Positions 28,574 to 38,540 of a stretch of DNA of 64,000 bases are shown here, in pieces. Source of the DNA: Candidatus Zhuqueibacterota bacterium (GTDB taxonomy: Bacteria > Zhuqueibacterota > Zhuqueibacteria > Thermofontimicrobiales > Thermofontimicrobiaceae); NCBI GenBank assembly GCA_049322915.1, contig JBMOPW010000013.1, positions 32,001-96,000 on the forward strand, written 5' to 3'. The translations under genes were made by a program, and so were the position numbers. Under the pieces are notes generated by a model. The model was not told the origin of the DNA and did not search any database. It worked only from the letters and a program-made list of their open reading frames with translations. Position 1 is the stretch's first letter. Each line of letters opens with the position of its first letter.

Positions 28574-29488
28574 TCAGCCTTTGATTTTGTGTTGGACATA
28601 ATCAACAATATGGTTCACAATATGATTAACCACGGGTTCCGGCACACCATCCCGGTGGCTCGATTTCAATCGCATGTCGCAGATTTCGTTCACATAATCA
28701 ATCACAATAAATTTCCCATATTGATCGACTGCGATTTCAGTGGAAAAAAAGTTCAACTTGATTATCCTGGATATTTGCTCAACAATATGGAAGAGACTCT
28801 CCAACTGATACATTCTTACGGACTCCTGGCTCAGGACTTCGTAGATGTGGGTTGAATCATCCCACCAACAGCACTCGATATATCCGCAGCAATAGAACAC
28901 CCGAAACCAGAATCGTTTCTCATCCTTTTCGACCGGGTTTACCTTTTCCTGCAGCAGATATTTATCGGTCTCGTAGACCTGTCTGGCAATGAGAACGTCG
29001 TGCAGCGTCTCAGCGCCATTGACCACACCGATACCGCCGCCGGTGGTATTTGCTGGTTTAATGATGAACGGCCGCCCCAGATTTGCCAGATCTGCGATGG
29101 ATAATAAGACGTTTTTCGTTTTATTGAATGGCGGAATGATGATGGTGTGCGGCGTGACCAATCCATGTGCGATAAATTCCAAATGCATGGTCGCCTTATC
29201 AGACGCCCACTTCAATTGTTCCCATGAATCCAATACCGGCACGTGGTGATTCAGCATCAGTGTGTGGAGCTCCAGGAATTCCGTGGACGAATCAGAACCC
29301 CGATCATAAAAGAAGTGAAACTGCACCTCTCCCTTGCGAACTCGCTCAATGGTCTCCTGAAGATTAAACGCCTCCACCAGAAAGGTTGTCATGTTATATT
29401 TTTCATGGGCTGCGCGTTCAATCATGTGAATAAATTCTTTGTCATATTCCCAGTCGGTTGCCACACAAAAATCATAACACTGCGTCAT
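28574..29488 (-). CDS. ATP-grasp (RimK/GshB-like) protein of unknown function
   Basis: DKATMH, PFIIKPANTTGGGIGVV, YLLQEKV, FRVFY, VIDYVN. Confidence 0.7.
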   Translation of the reverse strand: MTQCYDFCVATDWEYDKEFIHMIERAAHEKYNMTTFLVEAFNLQETIERVRKGEVQFHFFYDRGSDSSTEFLELHTLMLNHHVPVLDSWEQLKWASDKATMHLEFIAHGLVTPHTIIIPPFNKTKNVLLSIADLANLGRPFIIKPANTTGGGIGVVNGAETLHDVLIARQVYETDKYLLQEKVNPVEKDEKRFWFRVFYCCGYIECCWWDDSTHIYEVLSQESVRMYQLESLFHIVEQISRIIKLNFFSTEIAVDQYGKFIVIDYVNEICDMRLKSSHRDGVPEPVVNHIVNHIVDYVQHKIKG

Positions 29489-29783
29489 TCTTCACCTGTA
29501 GCTTTCTCCCCTCTGCTTTCCGTAAGGCATTTCCTTTGCATGATTTATTCATCACCGCAGAACCGCGTTCGCCTCCGCAATAAAATGAACTCCTCCTGAA
29601 TCTTCGAACATTGAGTCTGTTTCAAAAGGGACAGTCGTGAACATGATATCGGACTGATAACCGCTGGAATGGTCCGAGTGCAATTCTGATTTTTCATTGA
29701 TTTTTCTAACACGGCGGATAATAACATGCGCCATCCTTTTTTTTGCCGGACGTTCTTGCAGTGTTTTCAGTGAGGCCGGGCGC

Positions 29784-30851
29784 CTAAAGCCATCGCTTTC
29801 TCTGAAAGTAGAGCAGCATGATTCCGGCGATGATGGCCATAATCAGCACAATAAGCGGATAACCCATGTGCCACTTCAATTCTGGCATGAAATTAAAATT
29901 CATCCCATAGATGCCAGCGATAAATGTGAGCGGAATGAAGATCGTGGAAATAATCGTCAGCACTTTCATAATTTCATTCATTCGGTTGCTGTTCACAGAA
30001 AGGTACATTTCCAGCAGCCCGGCTGCAATATCCCGATAACTCTCAATTGTATCAATGGCCTGAATCGTATGGTCGTAAACATCCCGGAAGTAGGGGATGG
30101 TTGTTGTATGAAACAATTTGGATTCTGACCGTTCCAGCCCGCCAACAACTTCTCTCAATGGCCAGATGGACTTGCGCAACGATATTAGTTTTCGCTTCAA
30201 CGTATGAATACTGTGCAATGTCTCGGACGTGGGCTGCTCCACCAGCTCTGCCTCCAACACCTCGATGTAATCGCCAAGCTTTTCCAGGATGACGAAATAA
30301 TTGTCTACCACCGCGTCGATCAGGGAATAGGCTAAATAATCGGATTTGCTCTGCCGAATGCGCGAATGGCCAACCCGTATCCTCTCGCGCACTGGATCGA
30401 ACTCATCGCCTTCCCGCTCCTGAAACGTGATGACAAAATCTTTACCCACGATCAGACTGAGTTGCTCGTCGATAATTTCATTTCTAAGCTCGTCGTACAG
30501 CAACATTTTCAGCACGACGTACATGTAAGTACCGAGGTCCTCGAATTTCGGGCGCTGACCGGTATGAAGAATGTCTTCCAGGATGAGCGGATGGATTTCA
30601 AATTTTTTCCCGAGTTTGTCCACAATGCTGACATCGTGGAGGCCATCGATGTTGATCCATGTCAGACTGGGCTTTTCATGATACGGGTAACAGTCCTCTA
30701 CGCGCTCGACTTCCTTTTCCTCGAGATTCGTTTCATCGAAATCGAAAACAGAAATACGGGTCTTCTCGGTCTTTTTTTCGCCCACGTGGATGAGCGTCCC
30801 CGGCGGAAGTCCCACTTTTCGGGACGCTTCTTTCATGTATCTCGTTGCCAT
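29784..30851 (-). CDS. corA: Magnesium/cobalt transporter CorA
   Basis: GLPPG, HPLILEDI..QRPK, YGMNF..MPEL. Confidence 0.95.
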   Translation of the reverse strand: MATRYMKEASRKVGLPPGTLIHVGEKKTEKTRISVFDFDETNLEEKEVERVEDCYPYHEKPSLTWINIDGLHDVSIVDKLGKKFEIHPLILEDILHTGQRPKFEDLGTYMYVVLKMLLYDELRNEIIDEQLSLIVGKDFVITFQEREGDEFDPVRERIRVGHSRIRQSKSDYLAYSLIDAVVDNYFVILEKLGDYIEVLEAELVEQPTSETLHSIHTLKRKLISLRKSIWPLREVVGGLERSESKLFHTTTIPYFRDVYDHTIQAIDTIESYRDIAAGLLEMYLSVNSNRMNEIMKVLTIISTIFIPLTFIAGIYGMNFNFMPELKWHMGYPLIVLIMAIIAGIMLLYFQRKRWL

Positions 30852-30976
30852 ACGTCTCCAATTTGATGGCAATACTGATTCGGGTGAATTCTGTCAATGC
30901 TCTGTCCGCACGACGCTCGCATGAATATTCAATTGTGACAAGCGGCGAATGAACCTGGCGGCGCCGAATAATGGCT

Positions 30977-31168
30977 TCACCTTTTCTTCGATTTTGCCGC
31001 AATGTAGCCCAGGATGAATCCAATGATTAAAATCATCGGGATGAAAATAATGCGGGACATGGTTAAATCCCAGAGCAAGAACCGCAACGTCACCACACTG
31101 ATATTTTGAATGACGATGATCAGTATCAGCGCGATGAGCACCAGAGCGAGCACCATTTTTGCTTTCAA
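30977..31168 (-). CDS. Small membrane protein, LapA/DUF1049-like
   Basis: TM-QN..V.LRFL.W-TM(GFILG)-basic tail; RBS GGAGGG. Confidence 0.7.
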   Translation of the reverse strand: MKAKMVLALVLIALILIIVIQNISVVTLRFLLWDLTMSRIIFIPMILIIGFILGYIAAKSKKR

Positions 31169-31198
31169 ACTTTCCCTCCGTGTCTCGTTTGTGAACCA

Positions 31199-31885
31199 TC
31201 ACTTTTCTGATTCATTTTTTTTGCTGATGGTGTGGATTTCAACACCGACAGCGCTTATCTCCTGGCCGATTTTATCGGAAGTCCTGGCTATTCCACTTTT
31301 CAGTCGACTCGCCAGATCGCGGGAATTCTGAATCAGGCGCTCGAATCCCGATTCCACGCGATCCCCGGCCCATCTGGCGGCATGCTTCAGATTATCGGAC
31401 GTCTCTTCCAACTCCTGCCCGGCCTGCGCGTAATTTTTCTGAGCCCAGGATTGCACCGCTTTTTTCTGGTACATAGTTGAGAAATACAGGTACACATTCG
31501 CAAATGATTTTCTCAAACGATTGATGCTTGTAATAGTTCCATTTTCGATGTCGTCGGCCAGGCGGGACAGACCTTCGCGCGTGGCTTGCAGCGCTTCCAC
31601 CTCCTCCGGAATAAGCTGCACTGATGGCTTCAACGCTAGAGCGCTTTTTCGAATCTCCTCCGCAGCTGATTTTCTGTCCCCGGCTTCGAACCGGGCTTCG
31701 GCCTGCAGGAAATGTTGTTCCATCGTATCGGCGCTGGCAGGTGTGGCCGGTGCTGTTACGGAATCAGGAGAATGCATCGTCTCCTGTGGCAGTTCAGAAT
31801 TGTTCAGCCGAAACAGGACAATTACCAGGACAATGATGACTATCGTCAGGATCAGCGCGCGTCGCGACGATTTTCTTTCACTCAT
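31199..31885 (-). CDS. Hypothetical helical protein with N-terminal membrane anchor
   Basis: 228-aa ORF, RBS AAGGAG, single N-terminal TM segment. Confidence 0.7.
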   Translation of the reverse strand: MSERKSSRRALILTIVIIVLVIVLFRLNNSELPQETMHSPDSVTAPATPASADTMEQHFLQAEARFEAGDRKSAAEEIRKSALALKPSVQLIPEEVEALQATREGLSRLADDIENGTITSINRLRKSFANVYLYFSTMYQKKAVQSWAQKNYAQAGQELEETSDNLKHAARWAGDRVESGFERLIQNSRDLASRLKSGIARTSDKIGQEISAVGVEIHTISKKNESEK

Positions 31886-32062
31886 AAATCTCTCCTTTCG
31901 ACCTTAACCCCGAGCTATCGGCGGTGATCCCGCACCATCCATCGCTGCAACAACGTCCCAATCTTCATTTCATCCCGTCGCCCCGCTTCGAATCTCACTC
32001 AACGTCAGGCAGCAATCACCCGCTCCGGGGAACTGCATTTTTTCGCTGAAAAATATTACAGG

Positions 32063-32091
32063 AAGATAGTAAAATTTGAAACCGTTGTCAA
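32063..32091 (-). promoter_or_regulatory. Putative sigma70 promoter
   Basis: TTGACA-17 nt-TATCTT on the minus strand. Confidence 0.55.
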
Positions 32092-32176
32092 TGTAAAATT
32101 AGAAAAATTATATCCCGAGACCGAGTCAGCCAGCATGCGTCAGTTGGCTGGCGCCATCATTTCAGAGTGGAGAAAA

Positions 32177-33241
32177 TCACTGCGCGGAATTTCTGTCTCG
32201 CACCAGCGGCTTCCAGACAACATCCCGGCGAATCGACAGCTTCGTCAAAAACCGTCCGACCACTTCCGTTTCCAATCGTTCCCATTCCTGTTCATTTTCT
32301 TCCGTGCAGGGAATCTGACCGCCGGCCATGCGCGGATGTCCCCCGGCAGAGCCCATCGTGCCGACGATCTGCTTGAGCATTTTTCCGGCGTGAGCCTGAG
32401 GATGGTTGCAGCGCATCGAAATGAACAGTTGCTCATGATAACGCCCGGTCACCAGCGACCAGCCCATGCGCTCATGCCGCAGTAGCAGATCGGCGATCAG
32501 CGCGACAAATTCGGGCGAGGCAACTTCTTTCAAATGGACATGAATGAGGTGCTGGAAAATCTTTGCCTGTTGAAGCGCCGTAAACAGCATCGAATAATAC
32601 TGGTTCGGCAGACTGGGGTGAAATATTTTTGCCAGTTTGTGCTTGTTGGCTTTCTCGTAGACCGATAAATAGGTATCGATATCCGCCTGGGAGACATCCC
32701 GACCCAATTCCTGAGTTTCCGTGCGAATGGCGTAAGTCACCGCTGTGGCAATATCGACGAGGATTTCCAGGCCGGCAGCGTGAAGATATTCGATCAGCAT
32801 GGTGGCGCTGGCGCCGTATTCCGGACGCACGTCCGCCAATTGCACATGTGCCAGGTCGCCGCCCCGATGGTGATCAAAAACCATGGCAGGAACAAGCTGT
32901 CGGGAGAGACTGTTATTGCCAAAACCAGGCTGGGTATCCACCATGGCGATCAAACTGTGTTTATCCAGCCGAACTCCGGAAATGGGTAAGACGTGGAGTT
33001 TCAGTTGCTGAACCATGGCCCGATTCTCCGCTCGCGTGATGACGCCTCCGTAGACAATCCGGGGACGGACCCCGTATCGGTTTCGCACCAGATAGGAAAG
33101 AATCATCGCGCTGGCCAGCGCATCCGGGTCAGGATAATCATGCATCACGATGGTGAGAGTCTCTCGTCCGTGGATTATGCGATCGAGTCGCTTCAGATTC
33201 TGACCTGCAACATCTCCTGATTTGTTCACCGTGATGAACAC
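32177..33241 (-). CDS. DHH/DHHA1 family phosphoesterase
   Basis: HDYPDPDALAS, VD, DHH, GGH..MAGG. Confidence 0.88.
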   Translation of the reverse strand: MFITVNKSGDVAGQNLKRLDRIIHGRETLTIVMHDYPDPDALASAMILSYLVRNRYGVRPRIVYGGVITRAENRAMVQQLKLHVLPISGVRLDKHSLIAMVDTQPGFGNNSLSRQLVPAMVFDHHRGGDLAHVQLADVRPEYGASATMLIEYLHAAGLEILVDIATAVTYAIRTETQELGRDVSQADIDTYLSVYEKANKHKLAKIFHPSLPNQYYSMLFTALQQAKIFQHLIHVHLKEVASPEFVALIADLLLRHERMGWSLVTGRYHEQLFISMRCNHPQAHAGKMLKQIVGTMGSAGGHPRMAGGQIPCTEENEQEWERLETEVVGRFLTKLSIRRDVVWKPLVRDRNSAQ

Positions 33242-33353
33242 CTCCGAAATTATGTGGAACCGAATGAGACGCCTGCATCCGGCCGACCAGCCCTGCCCAC
33301 TCAGGTTTCCCTGATTGAGCGCCAGCTATGAGCTGGCGAATGAAACGCACCGC

Positions 33354-33950
33354 TCATTTGCCGTTCTTTTCAAATTTCAATTGACTCCAAAACCTGAGCC
33401 GATTTTTTTCACTGGTCAAAGGAAAGACTGTCTCCCGCGCCATTCGCACGTCTTCCACGGAATAGAACGCATTGGGACTGAATCGATTCACCATGCCCAG
33501 GACGGTCTGAAGTTCTTTCCGTTGTATCACCGTGAAAATAATTTTGACGACGCCGGTCAATCCCTCGCCATTCACGATAGTCACGCCATAGCCTGCTTTT
33601 TTCATGGCGGCAATTAATTCGCTCGCATCCCGGCGCGTAATGATGCGCACAACCTGAATGCCAATGGCCAGCTTCTGCTCCAGCGACATCCCGATGTAAC
33701 TGCCGGTAGCAAATCCCCCGGCATAGGCCAGATAGCACAACGAGTTATTGAGATTATTGAATATCTGCCGAATTGCCAGCAGCCAGATGAGCACTTCGAC
33801 GAATCCCAGACAGGAAGCCAGTCTCCTTTTTCCGCGCGAAACGTACATGATTCGGAGCGTGCCCATGGATACATCGATAATTCGCGCAGAAAAAATGAGC
33901 ATCGGGAGAACCACCCAATTGAAAACGGTCGAGTCCATTAATAAATCCAC
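33354..33950 (-). CDS. DUF2179/UPF0316 membrane protein, paralog 2
   Basis: ARIIDVSMGTLR, GFVEVLIWL, GGFATGSYIG, PNAFYSVEDVR. Confidence 0.88.
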   Translation of the reverse strand: MDLLMDSTVFNWVVLPMLIFSARIIDVSMGTLRIMYVSRGKRRLASCLGFVEVLIWLLAIRQIFNNLNNSLCYLAYAGGFATGSYIGMSLEQKLAIGIQVVRIITRRDASELIAAMKKAGYGVTIVNGEGLTGVVKIIFTVIQRKELQTVLGMVNRFSPNAFYSVEDVRMARETVFPLTSEKNRLRFWSQLKFEKNGK

Positions 33951-34009
33951 TGCTCTTCACCTCACGTGTGAGTCGATTGATTGTTCATTTGTCCAGGGGG
34001 ACATACGTT

Positions 34010-34043
34010 AAAAAAAAAGAGTAACCCCCCGCTATGGCTACTC
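34010..34043 (-). terminator. Rho-independent terminator
   Basis: GAGTAGCC-loop-GGTTACTC followed by a T run on the minus strand, downstream of 34081-34446. Confidence 0.7.
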
Positions 34044-34080
34044 CTCGATTCTGTCCATTCTGCCGCTCATCGCGTCGTCG

Positions 34081-34446
34081 TTATTCTTCTTTGAGAACTT
34101 TGAATTCACGCACTGAAATGATGAAAACCCCATCGTCATCCTTCACGACGATGCCGGTTGCCAGGACGTCCCGCCCGACAAAGTTCGTCAATTCCTTGCC
34201 TTTCTTGTTTTCAGTAACCAGATAATCGATGACGTATTCCTCCTCTGTGGTGTCCCCGGGAATGACCGTCACGGAGATGGCGATGGAAATGACGTTATCA
34301 TTCTCATCCCACTCCGTCCCGATGACCATCCCCTCGATGGTCGTCTCCTTCGCTTTTTCCTGGCTATAGACATCGCTGGACAGGATGGCCAATGCCAGCA
34401 GCGTAACACTCAAAAGCCCGACTAAGTAACTGCACTGTGTTTTCAT
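34081..34446 (-). CDS. Small secreted acidic beta-rich hypothetical protein
   Basis: Signal peptide, RBS AAGGGA, own terminator. Confidence 0.7.
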   Translation of the reverse strand: MKTQCSYLVGLLSVTLLALAILSSDVYSQEKAKETTIEGMVIGTEWDENDNVISIAISVTVIPGDTTEEEYVIDYLVTENKKGKELTNFVGRDVLATGIVVKDDDGVFIISVREFKVLKEE

Positions 34447-35083
34447 TTCATATCCCTTTCAAATGGACGATGCGATCAAATTCAGCTTTAGTAAATGCGA
34501 ACTACCGGCTCAGGACAGCCTCAGTGTTTGCGCTCCAACCTTCTTTCAAATCGATGCTACGCTCCAATCGATTTGAATTTCTGTGTCGTTACTATCGACG
34601 ATTCAACCTCAATGAAGTGCTGCAACCCTGATCTCAGGCGCAGTGACACCCTCCCCATGCTGCTCTGCGGGAAGGAGATTTTCGGATCCGATGCGTTGTA
34701 TTAAAATGAGTTGCAATTCATATCGAATAAAAAGGACATGCTCGCCCGTATCCATGCCCGTTAAAACTTTACAAAGACAATTCATTTGAAGAAAAAACTA
34801 CCGGGTTAATATACACTTTGTACAACAAAATGCAAGTACGATTTTTCATAGACCAATAAAATGATGATTCCACGCATCTCAGCGCCAATCGACCGCAGAC
34901 TGATTCCCGGGTGGGCGTCATGGTTTGCCGGAATTGATGTCGCCAGGGCCTCGTCATCTCCCAGACACATCTTCAATGGCTAAATTGTCAGCGGTGATTG
35001 ATCGAACCGCGGCAGGATTTTCAGAGGATTCTCCTTCCGCGCGGTTCCCGGAAATCGACGGGCGCGGAAGGAGTTTCACATAT

Positions 35084-36910
35084 CTATTCCAGGTAATCGG
35101 AAAATTGCTTCCTGAAATCCCTTTCGATGAAGATGTCCCACCATAGCGTTAACAGCAACAAGTTCAAGAGTTGATTTCCCCGAATCTGATCGAACCAGAA
35201 CCAGTAACTCCCTTTGTCGGACGACGCGTCGAACGCCTCGAAAAATGCATTCAGGAATTTCGGATTGAACATGGCGCGGGCGGCCTCGGACTCCCTGATG
35301 TACTGAAATAATTTATGACGCAGCGCGTTATCCGCGAACATAACGCCCAGAGGTGCAAATCCCCCCTGTTTCTTTCGGCCCGACACTTCCGCCGGCAGTT
35401 TTGATTTCACGGTCTTCTTGAGCAAAAATTTGCTCACGCCGCGCCCCTGCATCAGTTCTTTCAGCGAGCCCTTTGTCTTCAACTGGCGCGGCAGTCGCGT
35501 CAGGAACCGATACATTTCCAGATCCATGTACGGGAACGTCAATGGCACACCGTGCAATTCCGACATGCGCGCTGCTTTGTACAGAATGGCCTCATTGGCG
35601 ATTGTCCGGATATCGATGTAAAAATTCCGCAGATTGTACAGCTCATCAAAATTGTGATACTTCCTCCAGCCGTTGGCATCGTCCTTCATCTTCAGATTGA
35701 GCAGTTGTCCGATGTGCTGCTGGGAAAATCCAAAATTTTCCCGGTCGAGCACGTCCAGAATGGCGCGATTATGGAAGCGGAACCGGAACAGCACATTATC
35801 TTGCTGGAAAAAAGACAGATGAGACAGCGACTGCGCCATCCTCTGCACCAACTGGAAACCATATTTTCTGCCCAGGAAATGCAGGGCGATCTGCTGCGAT
35901 GCTGTCCCAAAGAGCTGGTCATTGCCATCGCCGCCCATGACTACCGGCAGCGTGGGATCCACAGATTTCATGGCCATATAATTGATGAAAAATCCCTGTT
36001 CCGCGAACGGTTCACCAAAATGTCGTACAATTTCCGGCAGGTAATCAATCTCAGAACCATCCAGAAGATAGGCATTGAATTCAGCGTCGAAGGTCTCCGC
36101 CATTTTCTTGGCAAATGGCAATTCCGACCAGGGATTATCCCTGAAGCCGATGGAATAGCTTTTGATTTTTCCACCGTAAACATCGCGCAGCGCGGCAATG
36201 ACTCCGCCGGAATCATACCCGCCGCTCAGCAAAACTCCGACTGTCGAATGGTCTTTGATGCGCCGTTGAATCGCCCGGTGCAGCAGCGATATGTATTGCT
36301 CCGCAGCCTCGTCCTCGGAGATGGCCATTTTCTGCTGGTTGAAATCGCTGTAATCGAACAGCGAATCGACCGTGATGGTCTTATCCCGATAAATGAGAAC
36401 ACCGCCCGGGCTGAGTTTTCTGACTCCCTGAAAAATCGTCCCCGGGGAAATGACAAAACAGCCGTACAGAAACGACGACGCTGCATCCATATCAATTTTC
36501 GGGCTGAATGACTGGAATGCCTGCAACTCGTCCATCGAACTGGCAAAGTACTCGTTGGTGAAAAAGAATCGCGGGCCAATGCCGTTCTTGTCCCGCAGAA
36601 CATACATGCTCGATCCGTCCGAAATAATCACCAGAAATTTTCCATCGACCTGTTTGAAGCCATCCAACCCTTTGGTCAGAAACAGGCGCAGCAACAGTTT
36701 CTCAGTGGGTACGCCGGGGGATGCCAGTGCTTTCTCCAAATCCGGCGCGTTGTAAATTTCGCCCCAGAAGAACAATTCGGCCGAATCTTTATTTGCAAAG
36801 CAGCAGTTGTTAGCCAGGATATTTCCTCTGGATTGGCTGAATGCGTCCGGCTGGTTCACCGATCCAGCCACATCACGATGCCTGTCGAAATGGCCAATAA
36901 ATGAATTCAC
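35084..36910 (-). CDS. Asparagine-synthetase-like protein lacking the N-terminal Cys
   Basis: GEIYN, RD..G, LLSGGYDS, GDGNDQLFG, KFLLK, RKKQG. Confidence 0.85.
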   Translation of the reverse strand: MNSFIGHFDRHRDVAGSVNQPDAFSQSRGNILANNCCFANKDSAELFFWGEIYNAPDLEKALASPGVPTEKLLLRLFLTKGLDGFKQVDGKFLVIISDGSSMYVLRDKNGIGPRFFFTNEYFASSMDELQAFQSFSPKIDMDAASSFLYGCFVISPGTIFQGVRKLSPGGVLIYRDKTITVDSLFDYSDFNQQKMAISEDEAAEQYISLLHRAIQRRIKDHSTVGVLLSGGYDSGGVIAALRDVYGGKIKSYSIGFRDNPWSELPFAKKMAETFDAEFNAYLLDGSEIDYLPEIVRHFGEPFAEQGFFINYMAMKSVDPTLPVVMGGDGNDQLFGTASQQIALHFLGRKYGFQLVQRMAQSLSHLSFFQQDNVLFRFRFHNRAILDVLDRENFGFSQQHIGQLLNLKMKDDANGWRKYHNFDELYNLRNFYIDIRTIANEAILYKAARMSELHGVPLTFPYMDLEMYRFLTRLPRQLKTKGSLKELMQGRGVSKFLLKKTVKSKLPAEVSGRKKQGGFAPLGVMFADNALRHKLFQYIRESEAARAMFNPKFLNAFFEAFDASSDKGSYWFWFDQIRGNQLLNLLLLTLWWDIFIERDFRKQFSDYLE

Positions 36911-36941
36911 GCGTTTCCTCTCCTTTTATAATTTTTTTCAA

Positions 36942-38123
36942 TCATGCCCGGCTCGCCCGTTCCCACAGTACCGATTGCCTGCCCCGGGCCCATCTGAAAA
37001 ATCCGAGCACCGCTGCTGCATTCATCATGGAAAAATAGAACGGCACAAACAGCGGTTTGACCTGGATATTTTTCGTCTCGAAGTACCAGTTTAACAGCGT
37101 CATGCCATAGAACAGAATCTGCGCCCAGAACAGCACAGTGTATAGCCCGCCCCGGTGAATCATGAGCGCATAATTGGCCGGGAGTAAGGCGATGAGCAGA
37201 AACGGATCCACTGCCCAGCGCAACACGCGATGCGAAATATATTGAAAACTGAGCATGCCATACTTCAGCGGATTGAGCAGGGCTTTGAGCCGCGCAATCG
37301 ACTGGAATCCGCCGGCGCTGATTCGCACTTTGCGTTTCATCTCCTCTTTGATGGATGCCGACGGCGTTTCCAGCGCATAGGCATTGGGCTCATAGACAAC
37401 CCGGTAGCCTTTCCCTGCGATGCGCAGCGAAATGATAAAATCATCCAGAATGGTATCGCGTTCCACTTCTTCAAAGAGCTCGGTTCGAATCGAAAACATC
37501 TCTCCAGCCGCGCCAACAATGGAGTACAGGTCAGAGTCCAGCTTTTTCAGGAAGGACTCATATTTCCAGTAAAGCCCTTCGCCAGCACCGCTGGAAGAAT
37601 CTGCGCCTATTTGTTTGATCCGCTTTTCCCCGGATACTGCGCCCACGTTGGGGTTCTGGTAATGCTTCACCAACTCTTTGATGGCCGTCGCGTTGAACAT
37701 GGTGTTCGCGTCCGAGAAAACAACGATGGGAGTGTCCACAAATTTCATGGCGCGATTGATGGCCCCTATCTTCCCCGCCCGTTTATCTTCGTGCAGCACC
37801 TGGATTCGCTCGTATTTTCGCAATTCAGCCGGCGTGCCATCGGTCGAACCGTCCGTAATGAACAGCAGCTTCAATTTTTCTTTCGGATAATCCAGAGCGA
37901 ACGAATTGGCCACCTTTTCGGCGATGCATTCCTTCTCATTGTAGGCGGCAACGAGCAAGGTAACTGCCGGCGATTCGGAGTCGCTGTCTGCAATCTGGCC
38001 TGGCTTTTTGCCTGAGATCGCCGCTTTCATTTTGACCAGAACAAACGCCACCACGCCATACCCGATGTAGGAATAGAACAGGATGGCCAAACTCACCCAG
38101 AAAAAGATCGCTAATAATTCCAT
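36942..38123 (-). CDS. GT2 glycosyltransferase (IcaA/cellulose-synthase-like)
   Basis: AAYNE, DGSTD, SDAN, YWKYE, DDF, RKVRISAG. Confidence 0.9.
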   Translation of the reverse strand: MELLAIFFWVSLAILFYSYIGYGVVAFVLVKMKAAISGKKPGQIADSDSESPAVTLLVAAYNEKECIAEKVANSFALDYPKEKLKLLFITDGSTDGTPAELRKYERIQVLHEDKRAGKIGAINRAMKFVDTPIVVFSDANTMFNATAIKELVKHYQNPNVGAVSGEKRIKQIGADSSSGAGEGLYWKYESFLKKLDSDLYSIVGAAGEMFSIRTELFEEVERDTILDDFIISLRIAGKGYRVVYEPNAYALETPSASIKEEMKRKVRISAGGFQSIARLKALLNPLKYGMLSFQYISHRVLRWAVDPFLLIALLPANYALMIHRGGLYTVLFWAQILFYGMTLLNWYFETKNIQVKPLFVPFYFSMMNAAAVLGFFRWARGRQSVLWERASRA

Positions 38124-38524
38124 CGATCATGTCCTTTGCTGTAAGTCACTTCCCGCGCCATTCGTCGTGTGATTGCATTGACTTTAGCTATTAGGTACGA
38201 CATATCCACCGGCTTTTCCAGGTAATCATCGAACATGCGACTGAGCCCCTTCATTTTCAGCTCGTTCGACCCTTTGCCTGTGATGACGATGAATGGCGTC
38301 TCTGCTATTTCAGCATGATCCCTCACGGCTGCGCAGAATTGCTGACCGTTCTGGATGGGCATTTCGAAATCAGAAATGATCACGTCCGGGCGTTTCTCCA
38401 GCGCCACCTTCAACCCTTCGATCGGATTCTGTTTCACAAACACTTCGTAGCCGGCTTTGCGGAGATTGTACTCCAGCAATCTGCACATATTGATATCATC
38501 TTCCACGACAAGCACAGTGTACAT
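38111..38524 (-). CDS. Single-domain response regulator
   Basis: VEDD, ISDFEMP, ITG, DDYLEKP. Confidence 0.9.
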   Translation of the reverse strand: MYTVLVVEDDINMCRLLEYNLRKAGYEVFVKQNPIEGLKVALEKRPDVIISDFEMPIQNGQQFCAAVRDHAEIAETPFIVITGKGSNELKMKGLSRMFDDYLEKPVDMSYLIAKVNAITRRMAREVTYSKGHDRWNY

Positions 38525-38540
38525 AATTTGCTCCCACGCG

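Noticed and set aside
29545..29734. Two overlapping 60-aa minus-strand ORFs
   Set aside because: No motif, and I cannot tell which frame, if either, is real.
34480..34580. GCGCAAA plus hairpin resembling a c-di-GMP-I riboswitch
   Set aside because: Lacks the GGCAAAC and CTAA/receptor elements; only a simple hairpin (34546-34578) is supported.
35552..36511. 319-aa plus-strand ORF
   Set aside because: Antisense to the asparagine-synthetase-like gene.
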